Shown here: positions 27,258 through 36,425 of the stretch, in pieces
How the letters are laid out: each line of letters begins with the position of its first letter
How positions within the stretch are numbered: the first letter of the stretch is position 1
Source: Gemmatimonadales bacterium
GTDB lineage: Bacteria > Gemmatimonadota > Gemmatimonadetes > Gemmatimonadales > GWC2-71-9
Direction of reading: 5' to 3'
Length of the DNA: 64,000 nucleotides
Assembly: GCA_046160105.1 (NCBI GenBank)
Contig: JBJXGT010000036.1
Location: 73,568-137,567 of the forward strand
Notes under the pieces: generated by a model
Seen by the model: only the letters and a program-made list of their open reading frames with translations
Database searches by the model: none
What the model was told of the DNA's origin: nothing
Program-made: the position numbers and the translations under genes

Positions 27258-28478
27258 CTAGGCGGCGGCCACCAGGTTGGTCGCCCAGGACGTGGCGGTC
27301 TGGTAGGCCTCCTGCACGGTGGCTGCCTCGGTGCCGAGCGAGTCGGCGAGCGATTCCATGGTCGCCCAGTCGCCCCGCTCCTGCGCCACCACGAGATCCA
27401 ACACCGGCCCGAACGGCGGCTGGTGCCGAAGCAGGCCGTCGCGCACCTCGGACGAGACCGAGAGCGACTGGAGCAGTTGATCGAGGGGTTGTCCGAGGAC
27501 GACGTCCATCACCGAGAGCAGGCCCGAAAAGAACAGGTCGAGGTCGGCGCGACCCAGGCCGGACGGCACCGCCAACAACTCGGCGAGCCGGGCCCGAAGC
27601 AGCGCGGTGGCCACGAGCTCCGAGGGCTTGCCCTCGGCGAGACCCACGGTCGCGACCGCCGAGACCCATTTGCGCAGCTCTCGCACCCCGAGGAGCCGGA
27701 GGGCATGCTCGATCGTCTCGACCTGATAGCGCCAGCCGAACCCGGCCGAGTTCAGGAACCGGAGCAGCCGAACCGAGAAGGCCACCTCTTGCCTGATGAG
27801 CGACTCCATCCGCTCGAAATCCACGTCCTCCTGGCCGACTTCCCGGAGCAACTGCAGATAGTTGGCGCGGCCGGGCGTCGGGGTTCGGGTCGCGAGCATC
27901 TCCGGGCGGCAGAAGAAGTAGCCCTGGAACAGCTCGAACCCGAGCTGCTCAGCCTCGCGGCGCTCGTCGGCGGTTTCGATCTTTTCGGCCAGCAGCGCGC
28001 AGCCGGCGGCCCGGGCTCGTGACATGCTTTGCTCGTCACGACCGGTGGGATCCCGCCAGTCGATCTTGACGATGTCGGCGAGATCGAGCAACGGGTCGAA
28101 GGCGGGGCGGTAGACGAAATCGTCGAGGGCGAGCTGGTAGCCGAGCTCTTTGGCTCGCCGGCAGGCCTGGATGATGGTGGCGTCCGGCTCGATGGTCTCG
28201 AGCAACTCGATCACCGAGCGGCCGGCTGGCAGCAAGGTGAACGCCTCCGCGACCAGGAGGTCCCGGGTCAGGTTGACGAACGCGGTCTTTCCGGCGACGA
28301 GCTGTTCGAAGCCGAAGCCCATGACGGTCCGCTCGAGGCCCTGGCTCGAGGCGAGGTTCTGGTCGGTCGCGATGAAACGATTCTCGGAGCCCGACCGAAA
28401 CAGGATTTCGTAGCCGGTGACCCGGTTTCCCCGGTCGAAGATCGGCTGGCGGGCGATGAAGACATCGGAAATGGCCAT
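27258..28478 (-). CDS. EAL and HDOD domain-containing signalling protein
   Basis: 406 aa. N-terminal QPIFD..YEILFR (EAL position reads EIL), then FVNLT, IELLE, LDDF, KID, AEKIET and QGYFF. C-terminal HDOD-like region (..VRLLRFLNSAGFG..IEHALRLLG..). Confidence 0.85.
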   Translation of the reverse strand: MAISDVFIARQPIFDRGNRVTGYEILFRSGSENRFIATDQNLASSQGLERTVMGFGFEQLVAGKTAFVNLTRDLLVAEAFTLLPAGRSVIELLETIEPDATIIQACRRAKELGYQLALDDFVYRPAFDPLLDLADIVKIDWRDPTGRDEQSMSRARAAGCALLAEKIETADERREAEQLGFELFQGYFFCRPEMLATRTPTPGRANYLQLLREVGQEDVDFERMESLIRQEVAFSVRLLRFLNSAGFGWRYQVETIEHALRLLGVRELRKWVSAVATVGLAEGKPSELVATALLRARLAELLAVPSGLGRADLDLFFSGLLSVMDVVLGQPLDQLLQSLSVSSEVRDGLLRHQPPFGPVLDLVVAQERGDWATMESLADSLGTEAATVQEAYQTATSWATNLVAAA

Positions 28479-28524
28479 CCCCGGGTTATCGGACCGCCCG
28501 GTTCCAAGTTGAGCCGCGGGGTGC

Positions 28525-28902
28525 TCAGCGGCGCCGGAAGGTGACCCGGGTCGGGTTGTCCGACACCGGGAACACGAGATGAAACTCGGTGGGAGAGTCG
28601 ACCTGTCCCTGGGTGGAGAACTGGATCGGCCCGCTCTCGGTGTCGAAGATGAAGATCATCGTCAACGTCGTCTCGAAGTGCAGGCCACTGGATGTGACCG
28701 ATCGGGTGGCCCCCCCGACCAGCGCGGTCCACTGCCCGGTGCCGGTGACGGTGACCGCGTCTTCGACCAGCGTCAGGTTCATCGTCCCGATGCCGAGGGC
28801 GTTGACCGTCGCGGTCCACTCCCCGGTGATCGGCTGATCCATCACTTCCGCCGAACAACCGATCGACAAGGCGGCCACGGCCGCGAGGAGTCGATGTCTC
28901 AT
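28525..28902 (-). CDS. Small lipoprotein, hypothetical
   Basis: 125 aa. Lipobox ALSIGCS. Beta-rich sequence with no recognised family. Begins 2 nt after the upstream gene's stop. Confidence 0.5.
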   Translation of the reverse strand: MRHRLLAAVAALSIGCSAEVMDQPITGEWTATVNALGIGTMNLTLVEDAVTVTGTGQWTALVGGATRSVTSSGLHFETTLTMIFIFDTESGPIQFSTQGQVDSPTEFHLVFPVSDNPTRVTFRRR

Positions 28903-28904
28903 TG

Positions 28905-29492
28905 CTACCTCACCGAAAGGCGACGGGCGACGATCAGCACCTCGATCTCGTCGAGTCGCGGGTTGATGAAATCGATCCTGATCCGGCCGTCGGTGGTCAG
29001 GGCCACCGTTCCGGGCACGTTCGAGTGGGTCAGCCGCCAGCCGGCCGGGAGCACGACGGCGTTGGCCGCGCGCCCGAAGGAGCGATCCCAGATCAGCTCG
29101 TCGCCGACCCGCCGATACCGGGCTGAGTCGGTGTACGTCTCCCGAATTCGGATCCGGGTAGTTCGGCCGGGCCGGACCGGGGCGAAGGCGATCGCCACGG
29201 TGTCGGCCGCGGTGCGGACCTCGAGCGCTTCGCCGGTATCGAGGTTGACCGCCGAGGGGTGGGCCACTTGGCTGCCGGGCCGAACGATGTTGAGGTACCG
29301 CCCGACGCCGGGGCGCTCCTCGGTGTAATCGTGGTACAGATCGAAGGCGTGGGTGTCCGGATCACGAAGAAAGTAGACGATCTCGCGGGTCTCCCGGGCC
29401 CTTTCGGTCAGCCGATCGGCGAGGCCCGCCGGTTGCGCGAGGGCCGGCGCCGTGCCGCCGGCGAGCAACGCGACGATCGTCAGGTTTCTCAT
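28905..29492 (-). CDS. Secreted hypothetical protein, paralog B of a tandem pair
   Basis: 195 aa with signal peptide MRNLTIVALLAGGTAPALAQ. Shares blocks with the upstream gene (AANAVVLPAGWRL vs TRNAVVLPAGFEL; TTDGRIRIDFINP vs EPDGRTRISFWNP). Confidence 0.6.
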   Translation of the reverse strand: MRNLTIVALLAGGTAPALAQPAGLADRLTERARETREIVYFLRDPDTHAFDLYHDYTEERPGVGRYLNIVRPGSQVAHPSAVNLDTGEALEVRTAADTVAIAFAPVRPGRTTRIRIRETYTDSARYRRVGDELIWDRSFGRAANAVVLPAGWRLTHSNVPGTVALTTDGRIRIDFINPRLDEIEVLIVARRLSVR

Positions 29493-30091
29493 CGAATGGC
29501 TCGGCCGGAGACCACCAGCGACACTGGATCGGGGCCGGGGTTCCAGAAACTGATCCGGGTTCGCCCGTCGGGCTCGGTGAGTACCTGGGACGGGTAGTTG
29601 ACGCCGATCAGCTCGAAGCCGGCCGGGAGGACCACCGCGTTGCGGGTGATCGAGAGCGATCGCGTAAAGGTGATCCGGTCGCCGTCGACCGTGTAGCTCT
29701 TGGGGTCGCGATAGGTCTTGATGATCGAGAGCCGGCGCTCACCATTGGCGGGCACCGGGATCGGCAACTCGATCCGGATATAGGAGGTCTCCGGGTCCGC
29801 CGTCGGGTGGCCCTCGCGTCGGGCCGCGTCGCCGCTGACGACCCGAAAGGGCAGCGGCCCGCCGGTGACCGGATCGAGCACTGATTCGTCCGACGCCTCG
29901 CTGCCTTTGCGGATCGGATTGAAGAAGAGCCGAGCGCCGGAAGTGGTGACGGTGACGTCGTAGATGATCTTGAACTGTCCCGAACCCGGCGCGAGCAACT
30001 CGTAACGGGTGAATTCGTCCCCGGCGGCGAGGCCCACCTGGGCCAGGACGGGAGTGGCAAGGCCGAGCGACAGGAGGGCGACTTTGATCAT
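29489..30091 (-). CDS. Secreted hypothetical protein, paralog A of a tandem pair
   Basis: Track ORF extends to 30328. ATG 30091 gives the signal peptide MIKVALLSLGLATPVLAQ. Its stop overlaps the paralog B start (ATGA). Confidence 0.6.
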   Translation of the reverse strand: MIKVALLSLGLATPVLAQVGLAAGDEFTRYELLAPGSGQFKIIYDVTVTTSGARLFFNPIRKGSEASDESVLDPVTGGPLPFRVVSGDAARREGHPTADPETSYIRIELPIPVPANGERRLSIIKTYRDPKSYTVDGDRITFTRSLSITRNAVVLPAGFELIGVNYPSQVLTEPDGRTRISFWNPGPDPVSLVVSGRAIR

Positions 30092-30367
30092 TCGGGGGCA
30101 GGCTCCCACGCAGTCGGGCAACGCATGCCTGGAAGATACCCCGACTCGGTGGCGGGGGACTCGATCTCGTTCGGCATCCTGCGGCAGTGCATCATTGGCG
30201 GCAGGCGGAACGGCACCGGCCGGCCCCGTGCCGAGACTCCGTGATCTTCGAACCGGCGGCCAGTATCGAATTGTGGAGCAACGACTTAGCCGGCGATGCC
30301 GGAGGTGGCCCATGGACCGGTCCGTCATTTGCCCGATCGTACGGTCATCTTCGAGACGGAGCGCATC

Positions 30368-30811
30368 ATGGCGTTGGGGACGCGCGGTCTGGCGGTGGTG
30401 GTGATCGGGCTAGGGGCGTTGGTGGCCGTCACCCGACTCAAGGGCGGGTCGGCGGGGCTCGGCCCCAGGGCCGGCGCGCTCGAGGACGCGGTAATGGCCG
30501 CGCCGATTCCGGTGTTTCCGGGGGCCAAGCTCCGGGACGTGACCGGGGGCAACTATTACGACGAAATCGGCGGTCCGGTCACTTTCACCAGCAAGTCGTG
30601 GTTCTTCGAGCTGGCCACCCCGACGGCCGAGGTCGCCGACTACTACCGGAAGCACCTCCCGGCCGGGAGCCGTCCGGCCGAGGCGGAGGACGGGGCGGTG
30701 TCGTTCGAGTGGATTCCCCCGGGCGCGGCCGAGGGGGAGGATGTCTCGGTGACGGTGCGCCAGGGTGAGCTCCAAATCACCGAGACCGTCAAGGCCCGAA
30801 GCTCGGCCTAA
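30368..30811 (+). CDS. Membrane-anchored hypothetical protein
   Basis: Track ORF starts at ATG 30296. I prefer ATG 30368 (GGAG 9 nt upstream; MALGTRGLAVVVIGLGALVAV TM anchor). No family recognised. Confidence 0.45.
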   Translation: MALGTRGLAVVVIGLGALVAVTRLKGGSAGLGPRAGALEDAVMAAPIPVFPGAKLRDVTGGNYYDEIGGPVTFTSKSWFFELATPTAEVADYYRKHLPAGSRPAEAEDGAVSFEWIPPGAAEGEDVSVTVRQGELQITETVKARSSA

Positions 30812-30860
30812 CGAATCCCGAGGCCTTTGACATCTGGTTGACGGAGCGGGAGGTTACGGG

Positions 30861-31877
30861 ATGAGATTTCCTCCCGCGCCCCTCGCTGCCGCGTTCCTCG
30901 CCGCCTCGGCCGGTTGCACCCGGTCGGAACCCCCGGCCCCCCCGTTGGCGGCCGGCGCCACCGCGCGGTGGTGCGGTGAGGTTCCGCGCCCCGCCAACAC
31001 CGCCTTCGAGCGTGTCAGCCTTCCGACCGACTGGTTCGAGGTCTATCGGGTCGACGACGGGATCTACGCCTTCGTCGAGGCGAACCAGTTTCAGGAGACG
31101 ATCTCCTACCTCATCGTGGGATCGGCGCGGGCGCTACTGTTCGACACCGGGTTGGGGATGGTGCCGATCCGGCCGCTGGTGGAGCAACTGACCAAGCTCC
31201 CGGTCGAAGTGCTCAACTCCCACACCCACTACGACCACGTCGGGGGCAACGCCGAGTTCGAGCGGATCCTGGCCGTGGCAACTCCGTACACGACCGCGAA
31301 CCAGGCCGGCTTTCCGCACCCCGAGTTAGCCGGAGAGGTGGTGCCCGACGCGTTTTGCCACGGCCCACCCGCGGGCCTCGATACCGCCGGATTTTCCACT
31401 CGGGCGTGGCGGCCCTCCCGAACGGTGGCCGACGGCGACACGATCGACCTCGGCGGCCGGACCCTCGAGGTGATTCGTGTCCCCGGCCATACCCCCGACG
31501 CCGTCGCGCTCCTCGATCGAGCCGGCGGCCTGCTCTGGACCGGCGACAGCTACTACGACGCCACCATCTGGCTGTACGTACCCGAGACTGACCTCGACGC
31601 CTACGAAACGTCGATGGGCCGGCTGGTCGCGCTGGCGCCAACCCTGCGCCGGCTCCTCCCTGCCCACAACACGGTCGCGGCGGATCCCGGACACTTGGCC
31701 CTCGCGTTGGAGGCGATCCGACAGGTGCGTCAGGGGAAGGTGGTCGGGGTCGACCAGTCGGATCAGCGGCGGGTGTTTCGATTCGGAGGGTTTTCGATCT
31801 TGACCTCGGTGCCGCTGCTCGAGGGGAAGGCGGGCGATCGGACCAGGGGCGGTTCGGGGCTTACGACCTGGCGTTAG
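30861..31877 (+). CDS. MBL-fold metallo-hydrolase, lipoprotein/secreted
   Basis: 338 aa. GGGAGG lies 8 nt upstream of the ATG. NSHTHYDHVGGN is the HxHxDH motif, and VPGHTPD appears later. Confidence 0.85.
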   Translation: MRFPPAPLAAAFLAASAGCTRSEPPAPPLAAGATARWCGEVPRPANTAFERVSLPTDWFEVYRVDDGIYAFVEANQFQETISYLIVGSARALLFDTGLGMVPIRPLVEQLTKLPVEVLNSHTHYDHVGGNAEFERILAVATPYTTANQAGFPHPELAGEVVPDAFCHGPPAGLDTAGFSTRAWRPSRTVADGDTIDLGGRTLEVIRVPGHTPDAVALLDRAGGLLWTGDSYYDATIWLYVPETDLDAYETSMGRLVALAPTLRRLLPAHNTVAADPGHLALALEAIRQVRQGKVVGVDQSDQRRVFRFGGFSILTSVPLLEGKAGDRTRGGSGLTTWR

Positions 31878-31900
31878 GCAGCCGAACGGGGTGACCCATC

Positions 31901-34501
31901 TCAGCGGTCGGCCCGCGGCCTCCATCGGTCGACCGCCCGGGCCGCTCGGAACAGGCCGTCGGCCGCCTGCTCGATCTTGCCCTTCAACCGAGGCGGGTAC
32001 CGGGGGTGGTCGGCCAGGAACCTCGCGACGATCGCCGCGGCCTCGGCCGACTGATGGCCATCGAGCGTGGCCGAAAGCCAATTGAGCGGGAAGAAGATGT
32101 CGCCAGTCCGTTTGATCTCCTCGACCAGGTCGAGACTGGGGCGGAGATAGCGAATCGCCTCGGCGGCGCGGAGCGGGTGATTGAGATAGCGCGCCGCGTC
32201 GAGGACCCACGATTCACGGCGCCGGCTGGCCAGGTCGCCGAAGGTCGCGAAGATCGAATCCCGGGTCGCGGCACTTGGCGACAACGCCCGACGCACGAAT
32301 CGGAACCGGGCCAGTCGATCGGGATCTTGGATCCGCCCCTGCTGCTCATCGAGGATCGCCTCGGCCCGCTCGGGACGTTTGAGGGCGAGGGTCTCGGCCA
32401 GGGTGGTGTACTGCGGCTCCTCGAGGGGAAGGCCGACCAGGGTATCGGTCCGGCGCCAGATCCGCTCCAATCGATCGAGGCCGTTCGGCGTGACCGTCAC
32501 GTTGACGAGGGCGTTGAAGAAGGCGCCTTTCCGGCCGGGACGATCGGCGCGCTCGAGCCGTTCCAGCAGCGCGGCTTCGAGCCGGTCCGCCCGGCTCGCC
32601 CGGGTCTCGGGTGTCAGATAGCGCCAGTAGGTAAGCTGGATCACGCCGAGCAGTTGCTGGGAGATCAGGTCGTCGGTTTCTCCGAGGAGAGCGGCGCCGG
32701 CAGCGTCGAGCAACTCGGTCGGGTCCAGGGTGCCATCGATGAGCTCCTCGACGAGCGTCTGCCAGCCGACGCTCCGCGCGACGGGGTCGGCGAAGTCCGG
32801 GAGCGCGGCGATCAGCGCCGGCCGGAGCGATCGGTCGGTGGTGAACCGCCCGTAGCCGACGCCATCGGTGCCGCCGAGGAGATACCGCGGCGCGAACGGC
32901 AGCGGCACGGTGGCGCGTCGCGAATCGAGCCTGGCCGTGACGGTCACCGGGCCGTCGGGTCCGCCCGCGGTGACGGCGACGGTCTGAGGCCAGAGGAGGC
33001 CGCGACCGCGCGAATCCGCCTGGGTGATCCGGAGTTGCCTCGATGGGGCATCGTACCCGAGGGCGATGGTCGGCCGGCCCGGCTCCTCGACCCAGACCCG
33101 GCTCCAGGTCCGGAGGTCCGCCGGCGTGAGTCGGTCGAGCACCGCGATGAGATCCGTCCAGGTCGCATTGCCGAAGCGGTGACGATCGAGATACTCCCGG
33201 AGTCCGCGCTCCATCGAGGCCTCGCCGATGGTCCGCTCCAGTTGCCGCATCACCACTGGCGCCTTCTGGTAGATGATCGCGCCGTAAAGCGACCCGGCCT
33301 CGCGGAGGTTCTCCAGCGGCTGCCGGATCGGGTTGGCTCCGGCCGTCCGATCCACCTCGTGGGCGCTGGGTTGGTGGGCGAGAAAAAAGCGGAGGTCGTG
33401 ATTGATGTCGGCGAACTCGGGGCCGACGATCTTCGCCGCCATGAAGTTGGCGAAGACCTCCTTCATCCAGACATCGTTGAACCACTCCATCGTCACCAGG
33501 TCGCCGAACCACATGTGGGCCGTCTCGTGGGCGATCAGCGAGGCTCGGCCGAGGTGTTGATTGCGGGTCGCGGACTGGTCGAGGAACAGCCCCGAGGCGT
33601 TGTACCACACCGCCCCCGGGTGCTCCATCCCGCCGAACTGGAAAGCCGGGATCGCGAAGAAATCGAACTTCTCGAACGGGTAAGGGATGCCGGTGTAGCG
33701 CTCGAGCCAGGCGAGCGAGGCGGCGTGGAGGTCGAAGATCGCGGCGCGGTTGCGGGCGACCTTGGCGCTGTCGGTTTCCCGGTGATACATGGTGAAACGC
33801 CGGCCGTCACGAACCGCTTCCTCGGTCGCGAGCTTCCCGGCCGCGAACGAAACCAGGTAAGTGCTGATCGGCGCCGTTTCCCGGAAGGACACGGCGCGAA
33901 TGGGGCCGCTACTGTCGCTCACGATGACCGATCCGTTGGCGACCGCCCGCCACGCCGCCGGGATCCGGAGGTTCACTTGGAATCGAGCCTTCAGGTCGGG
34001 TTGGTCGAAGCAGGGGAACGCGGTCGAGGCGCGATCGGGGACGAAGAGGGCGTAGAAATAGTCGTCGCGCCGATTGAGCGCGGCGTCGGTCGCGGTGAAC
34101 TGGATCTCGACCGTGTTCTCGCCCGCGGTCGTGGCCGGGCCGGGGATGGTGACGTGATCGGTGGTGACCAGGGGCTGCACGGGCTGACCGTTGACCCGGG
34201 TCGCCCCGACATTCTCGGCCGGGGCACGGAAGTCGAGGATGACCCGCTCGGCGCGGGCCAGCCGGAATCGGATCGTTACCGCCCCGGTGACCGCCTGGGC
34301 GCGGTTTTCCGGCACCGTGAACGATATCTGGTACCGAAGCTCGGAGATCGCGGCGCGGCGATGGCGGGCCAGGGCCAAGGAAACCCCCGGCGAAGGCTCG
34401 CCGGGCTGCGCACTGAGTTCTGGGCCGACCCCGACGGCTACGACCAACCCGACTCCAGCGCCGACGAGGCGAGTGATTCGGGTGGCGGGAGCGGTGCTCA
34501 C
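31901..34501 (-). CDS. M1 family aminopeptidase, secreted
   Basis: The 1090-aa track ORF is over-extended across the upstream gene. I place the start at GTG 34501 (VSTAPATRITRLVGAGVGLVVAV..), forming a GTGA overlap with the acyltransferase stop. Motifs FGGMEHPG (GxMEN-like) and HETAHMWFGD..(18)..WMKEVFANF (HExxH+E). Confidence 0.8.
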   Translation of the reverse strand: MSTAPATRITRLVGAGVGLVVAVGVGPELSAQPGEPSPGVSLALARHRRAAISELRYQISFTVPENRAQAVTGAVTIRFRLARAERVILDFRAPAENVGATRVNGQPVQPLVTTDHVTIPGPATTAGENTVEIQFTATDAALNRRDDYFYALFVPDRASTAFPCFDQPDLKARFQVNLRIPAAWRAVANGSVIVSDSSGPIRAVSFRETAPISTYLVSFAAGKLATEEAVRDGRRFTMYHRETDSAKVARNRAAIFDLHAASLAWLERYTGIPYPFEKFDFFAIPAFQFGGMEHPGAVWYNASGLFLDQSATRNQHLGRASLIAHETAHMWFGDLVTMEWFNDVWMKEVFANFMAAKIVGPEFADINHDLRFFLAHQPSAHEVDRTAGANPIRQPLENLREAGSLYGAIIYQKAPVVMRQLERTIGEASMERGLREYLDRHRFGNATWTDLIAVLDRLTPADLRTWSRVWVEEPGRPTIALGYDAPSRQLRITQADSRGRGLLWPQTVAVTAGGPDGPVTVTARLDSRRATVPLPFAPRYLLGGTDGVGYGRFTTDRSLRPALIAALPDFADPVARSVGWQTLVEELIDGTLDPTELLDAAGAALLGETDDLISQQLLGVIQLTYWRYLTPETRASRADRLEAALLERLERADRPGRKGAFFNALVNVTVTPNGLDRLERIWRRTDTLVGLPLEEPQYTTLAETLALKRPERAEAILDEQQGRIQDPDRLARFRFVRRALSPSAATRDSIFATFGDLASRRRESWVLDAARYLNHPLRAAEAIRYLRPSLDLVEEIKRTGDIFFPLNWLSATLDGHQSAEAAAIVARFLADHPRYPPRLKGKIEQAADGLFRAARAVDRWRPRADR

Positions 34502-35133
34502 GATGACTGGGGTGGCACGGCCGCGGCGAGATCGATCAGGCGGCCGTCCTTCCGGGGAAACGCCGCAAAGCAGCCGACGATTCGCGCGAGGTCGGCGTTG
34601 GTGTCGTCGGTGAGTGCCGGCGGCGGGAGCAGGCCGATGACTTTGCGGCTCCAGTCGAGGTATACCGGCAACACCGCCGCGTCGGCGCGCTTGGCGATCC
34701 GGTAGAAGCCGGTCTTCCAGCGCGAGCCGTACTTGCGGGTGCCTTCGGGCGCCATGCCGAGAAGGATGTTGTCGGAGCGCTCGATCTCGGCGACGACTTG
34801 GTCGATGAATCCCCGCGACGCCTTCCGATCGACCGGGATCCCGCCCAGCCAGCGTAACAAGGCGCCCAGCGGAAACCAGAACAGTTCCTTCTTGCCGATG
34901 AACCGGACCCGAAGGTTCCAGGCGAACACCAGGCCGATCGCGATCAGGAAATCGAGGTTGGAGGAGTGCGGCGCGACCACCGCGACGATCCGGCGCCGGT
35001 CGGGGAGGCCGCCCTCGATGCGCCATCCCAGGAGGCGCAACATCGTCCGGCCGATCAGTCGCGTCACCGCGCCGCCACGCCGCCCGATCGAGGCGGGGAG
35101 GTGGGGTCGGGTGGTGCCAGGTTCGGTTCGCAT
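34498..35133 (-). CDS. PlsC-type (lysophospholipid) acyltransferase
   Basis: Track ORF extends to 35811; ATG 35133 gives MRTEPGTT... Motifs VVAPHSSNLD (HxxxxD) and later GMAPEGTR (block III). Confidence 0.75.
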   Translation of the reverse strand: MRTEPGTTRPHLPASIGRRGGAVTRLIGRTMLRLLGWRIEGGLPDRRRIVAVVAPHSSNLDFLIAIGLVFAWNLRVRFIGKKELFWFPLGALLRWLGGIPVDRKASRGFIDQVVAEIERSDNILLGMAPEGTRKYGSRWKTGFYRIAKRADAAVLPVYLDWSRKVIGLLPPPALTDDTNADLARIVGCFAAFPRKDGRLIDLAAAVPPQSS

Positions 35134-35141
35134 CGGTGGAC

Positions 35142-36404
35142 TCAGGAGGCGTCGCCCCGGATCTGGCGGCCAATCTCCTCGGCCCTCTCCATCACTCGAA
35201 GGAGGTTGCCGCTCCACAGCTTGGCGATCTGCTCCTCGGTATATCCCCGGCGCACCAATTCGAGAGTGACGTTCATCGTCTCGGAGCCGTTGCTCCAACC
35301 GACCACGCCGCCACCGCCGTCGAAGTCGGAGCTGATCCCGACGTGCTCCAACCCGATCAGCTTGACGGCGTAGTCGATGTGGTCCACCAGGTCCTTCACG
35401 GTGGCCCGCGGCGGAGGCGGGAATCTGGTGTCGATCTCCGTCATTCGCCGCTGAAACTCGGCGCGACTGGCCTCCTCCCTCGGCTGTCCCTCGAACTCCC
35501 GACGCAGCGCCGCGACGGCCTGGCGGCGCTCCGGCGACTCGTTCTGACATTTGAGGTAACCGTTGAAGGCGACGACCTGCACCACGCCGCCGTTCCGTTT
35601 CAGCGCCAGGAGCTGCTCGTCGTCGAGATTGCGGCTGTGGTTGCAAAGCGCCCGCACCGCCGAGTGCGAGGCGATCAGCGGCGCCTTGGTGAGTTCGACG
35701 GTCTGCATCATCGACTGCTTCGAGGGATGGGAGACGTCCACCATGATCCCCCAACGGTTCAGCTCGGCGATCACTTGCCGGCCAAGCGGGGAGAGGCCGT
35801 GATGCAGCCACTGGCCATCCCGTTCGCCGGTGTTCGAGTCGGACAGTTGGCTGTGCCCGTTATGGGCGAGCGACAGATACCTCGCTCCTAATTCGCCGAA
35901 CTTGCGCACGTTGCCGAGATCGGTGCCCAGCTGATAGCCGTTCTCGACGCCGATCAACGCCACCTTGCGGCCCGAGGCGTAGATTCGGCGCACGTCGGCC
36001 GCGGTCCGAGCCAGGTTGATTCGAGTCGGGGCGAGCTCGCCGGTGAGCCGATGGATCGCCGCGAACTTGGCCAGCGCGTCACTGTGGGCCTTGTCGAAGC
36101 CGGCCGCGGTGAAATCCTGGGATTGCCCGACGAACACGATGAAGAACGCGGCATCGAGCCCGCCCTCCTCCATGGCCGGCAGGTTGACCTGGGTCGGCAG
36201 CTTGGTCGCGTAGCTCTTCTCTCGGGTGAAGTTGCCCGGGTCGATGTCCACGTGGGTGTCGAGGGTGAGGACCCGTTGATGGATCGCCCGGGCGCGAGCG
36301 ACGAGATCCTGAGGGTCTTGGGCAGCGGCGCTCACGAAAGGCATCGACGTCATCAGCGTTAAGGCGAAGCGGCTCGGGATCGAATCCATGGATATCCCCG
36401 GCAT
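35142..36404 (-). CDS. M19 family membrane/renal-type dipeptidase, secreted
   Basis: 420 aa (ATG 36389 is an alternative start). Motifs LDTHVDID, LSLAHNGHSQLSDS, DVSHPS and SSDFDG are typical of peptidase M19. Confidence 0.85.
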   Translation of the reverse strand: MPGISMDSIPSRFALTLMTSMPFVSAAAQDPQDLVARARAIHQRVLTLDTHVDIDPGNFTREKSYATKLPTQVNLPAMEEGGLDAAFFIVFVGQSQDFTAAGFDKAHSDALAKFAAIHRLTGELAPTRINLARTAADVRRIYASGRKVALIGVENGYQLGTDLGNVRKFGELGARYLSLAHNGHSQLSDSNTGERDGQWLHHGLSPLGRQVIAELNRWGIMVDVSHPSKQSMMQTVELTKAPLIASHSAVRALCNHSRNLDDEQLLALKRNGGVVQVVAFNGYLKCQNESPERRQAVAALRREFEGQPREEASRAEFQRRMTEIDTRFPPPPRATVKDLVDHIDYAVKLIGLEHVGISSDFDGGGGVVGWSNGSETMNVTLELVRRGYTEEQIAKLWSGNLLRVMERAEEIGRQIRGDAS

Positions 36405-36425
36405 GGAGAGCGAAGAGAAAGATAT

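Noticed and set aside
30092-30367. Possible c-di-GMP (GEMM-I-like) riboswitch, because CCACGCAGTCGGGCAACG faintly resembles the CACGCACAGGGCAAACC region and an EAL gene is nearby
   Set aside because: I cannot find the second conserved half (ACGCAAAGC..CCGG) or the GNRA tetraloop/receptor pair. The resemblance is limited to a few bases. An Infernal scan would be needed before any claim.
30833-30852. Sigma-70-like TTGACA (and a second TTGACG) upstream of the MBL gene at 30861
   Set aside because: No acceptable TATAAT-like -10 follows at 16-18 bp spacing. The region is only 49 bp from the previous stop and also contains the SD, so these are likely chance matches.
34502-35173. N-terminal 224-codon extension of the M1 aminopeptidase ORF (track 31901..35173); similar extensions occur in ORFs 34498..35811, 16368.., 17591.., 19737.., 10379.., 53012.., 58727.., 60685.., 49370..50557, 45150.., 42513..44468 and 11614..14577
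   Set aside because: The extensions overlap upstream genes in other frames, start at TTG/GTG far upstream, and lack signal peptides. Internal starts give canonical signal peptides or lipoboxes, SD-like sequences or ATGA/GTGA coupling.
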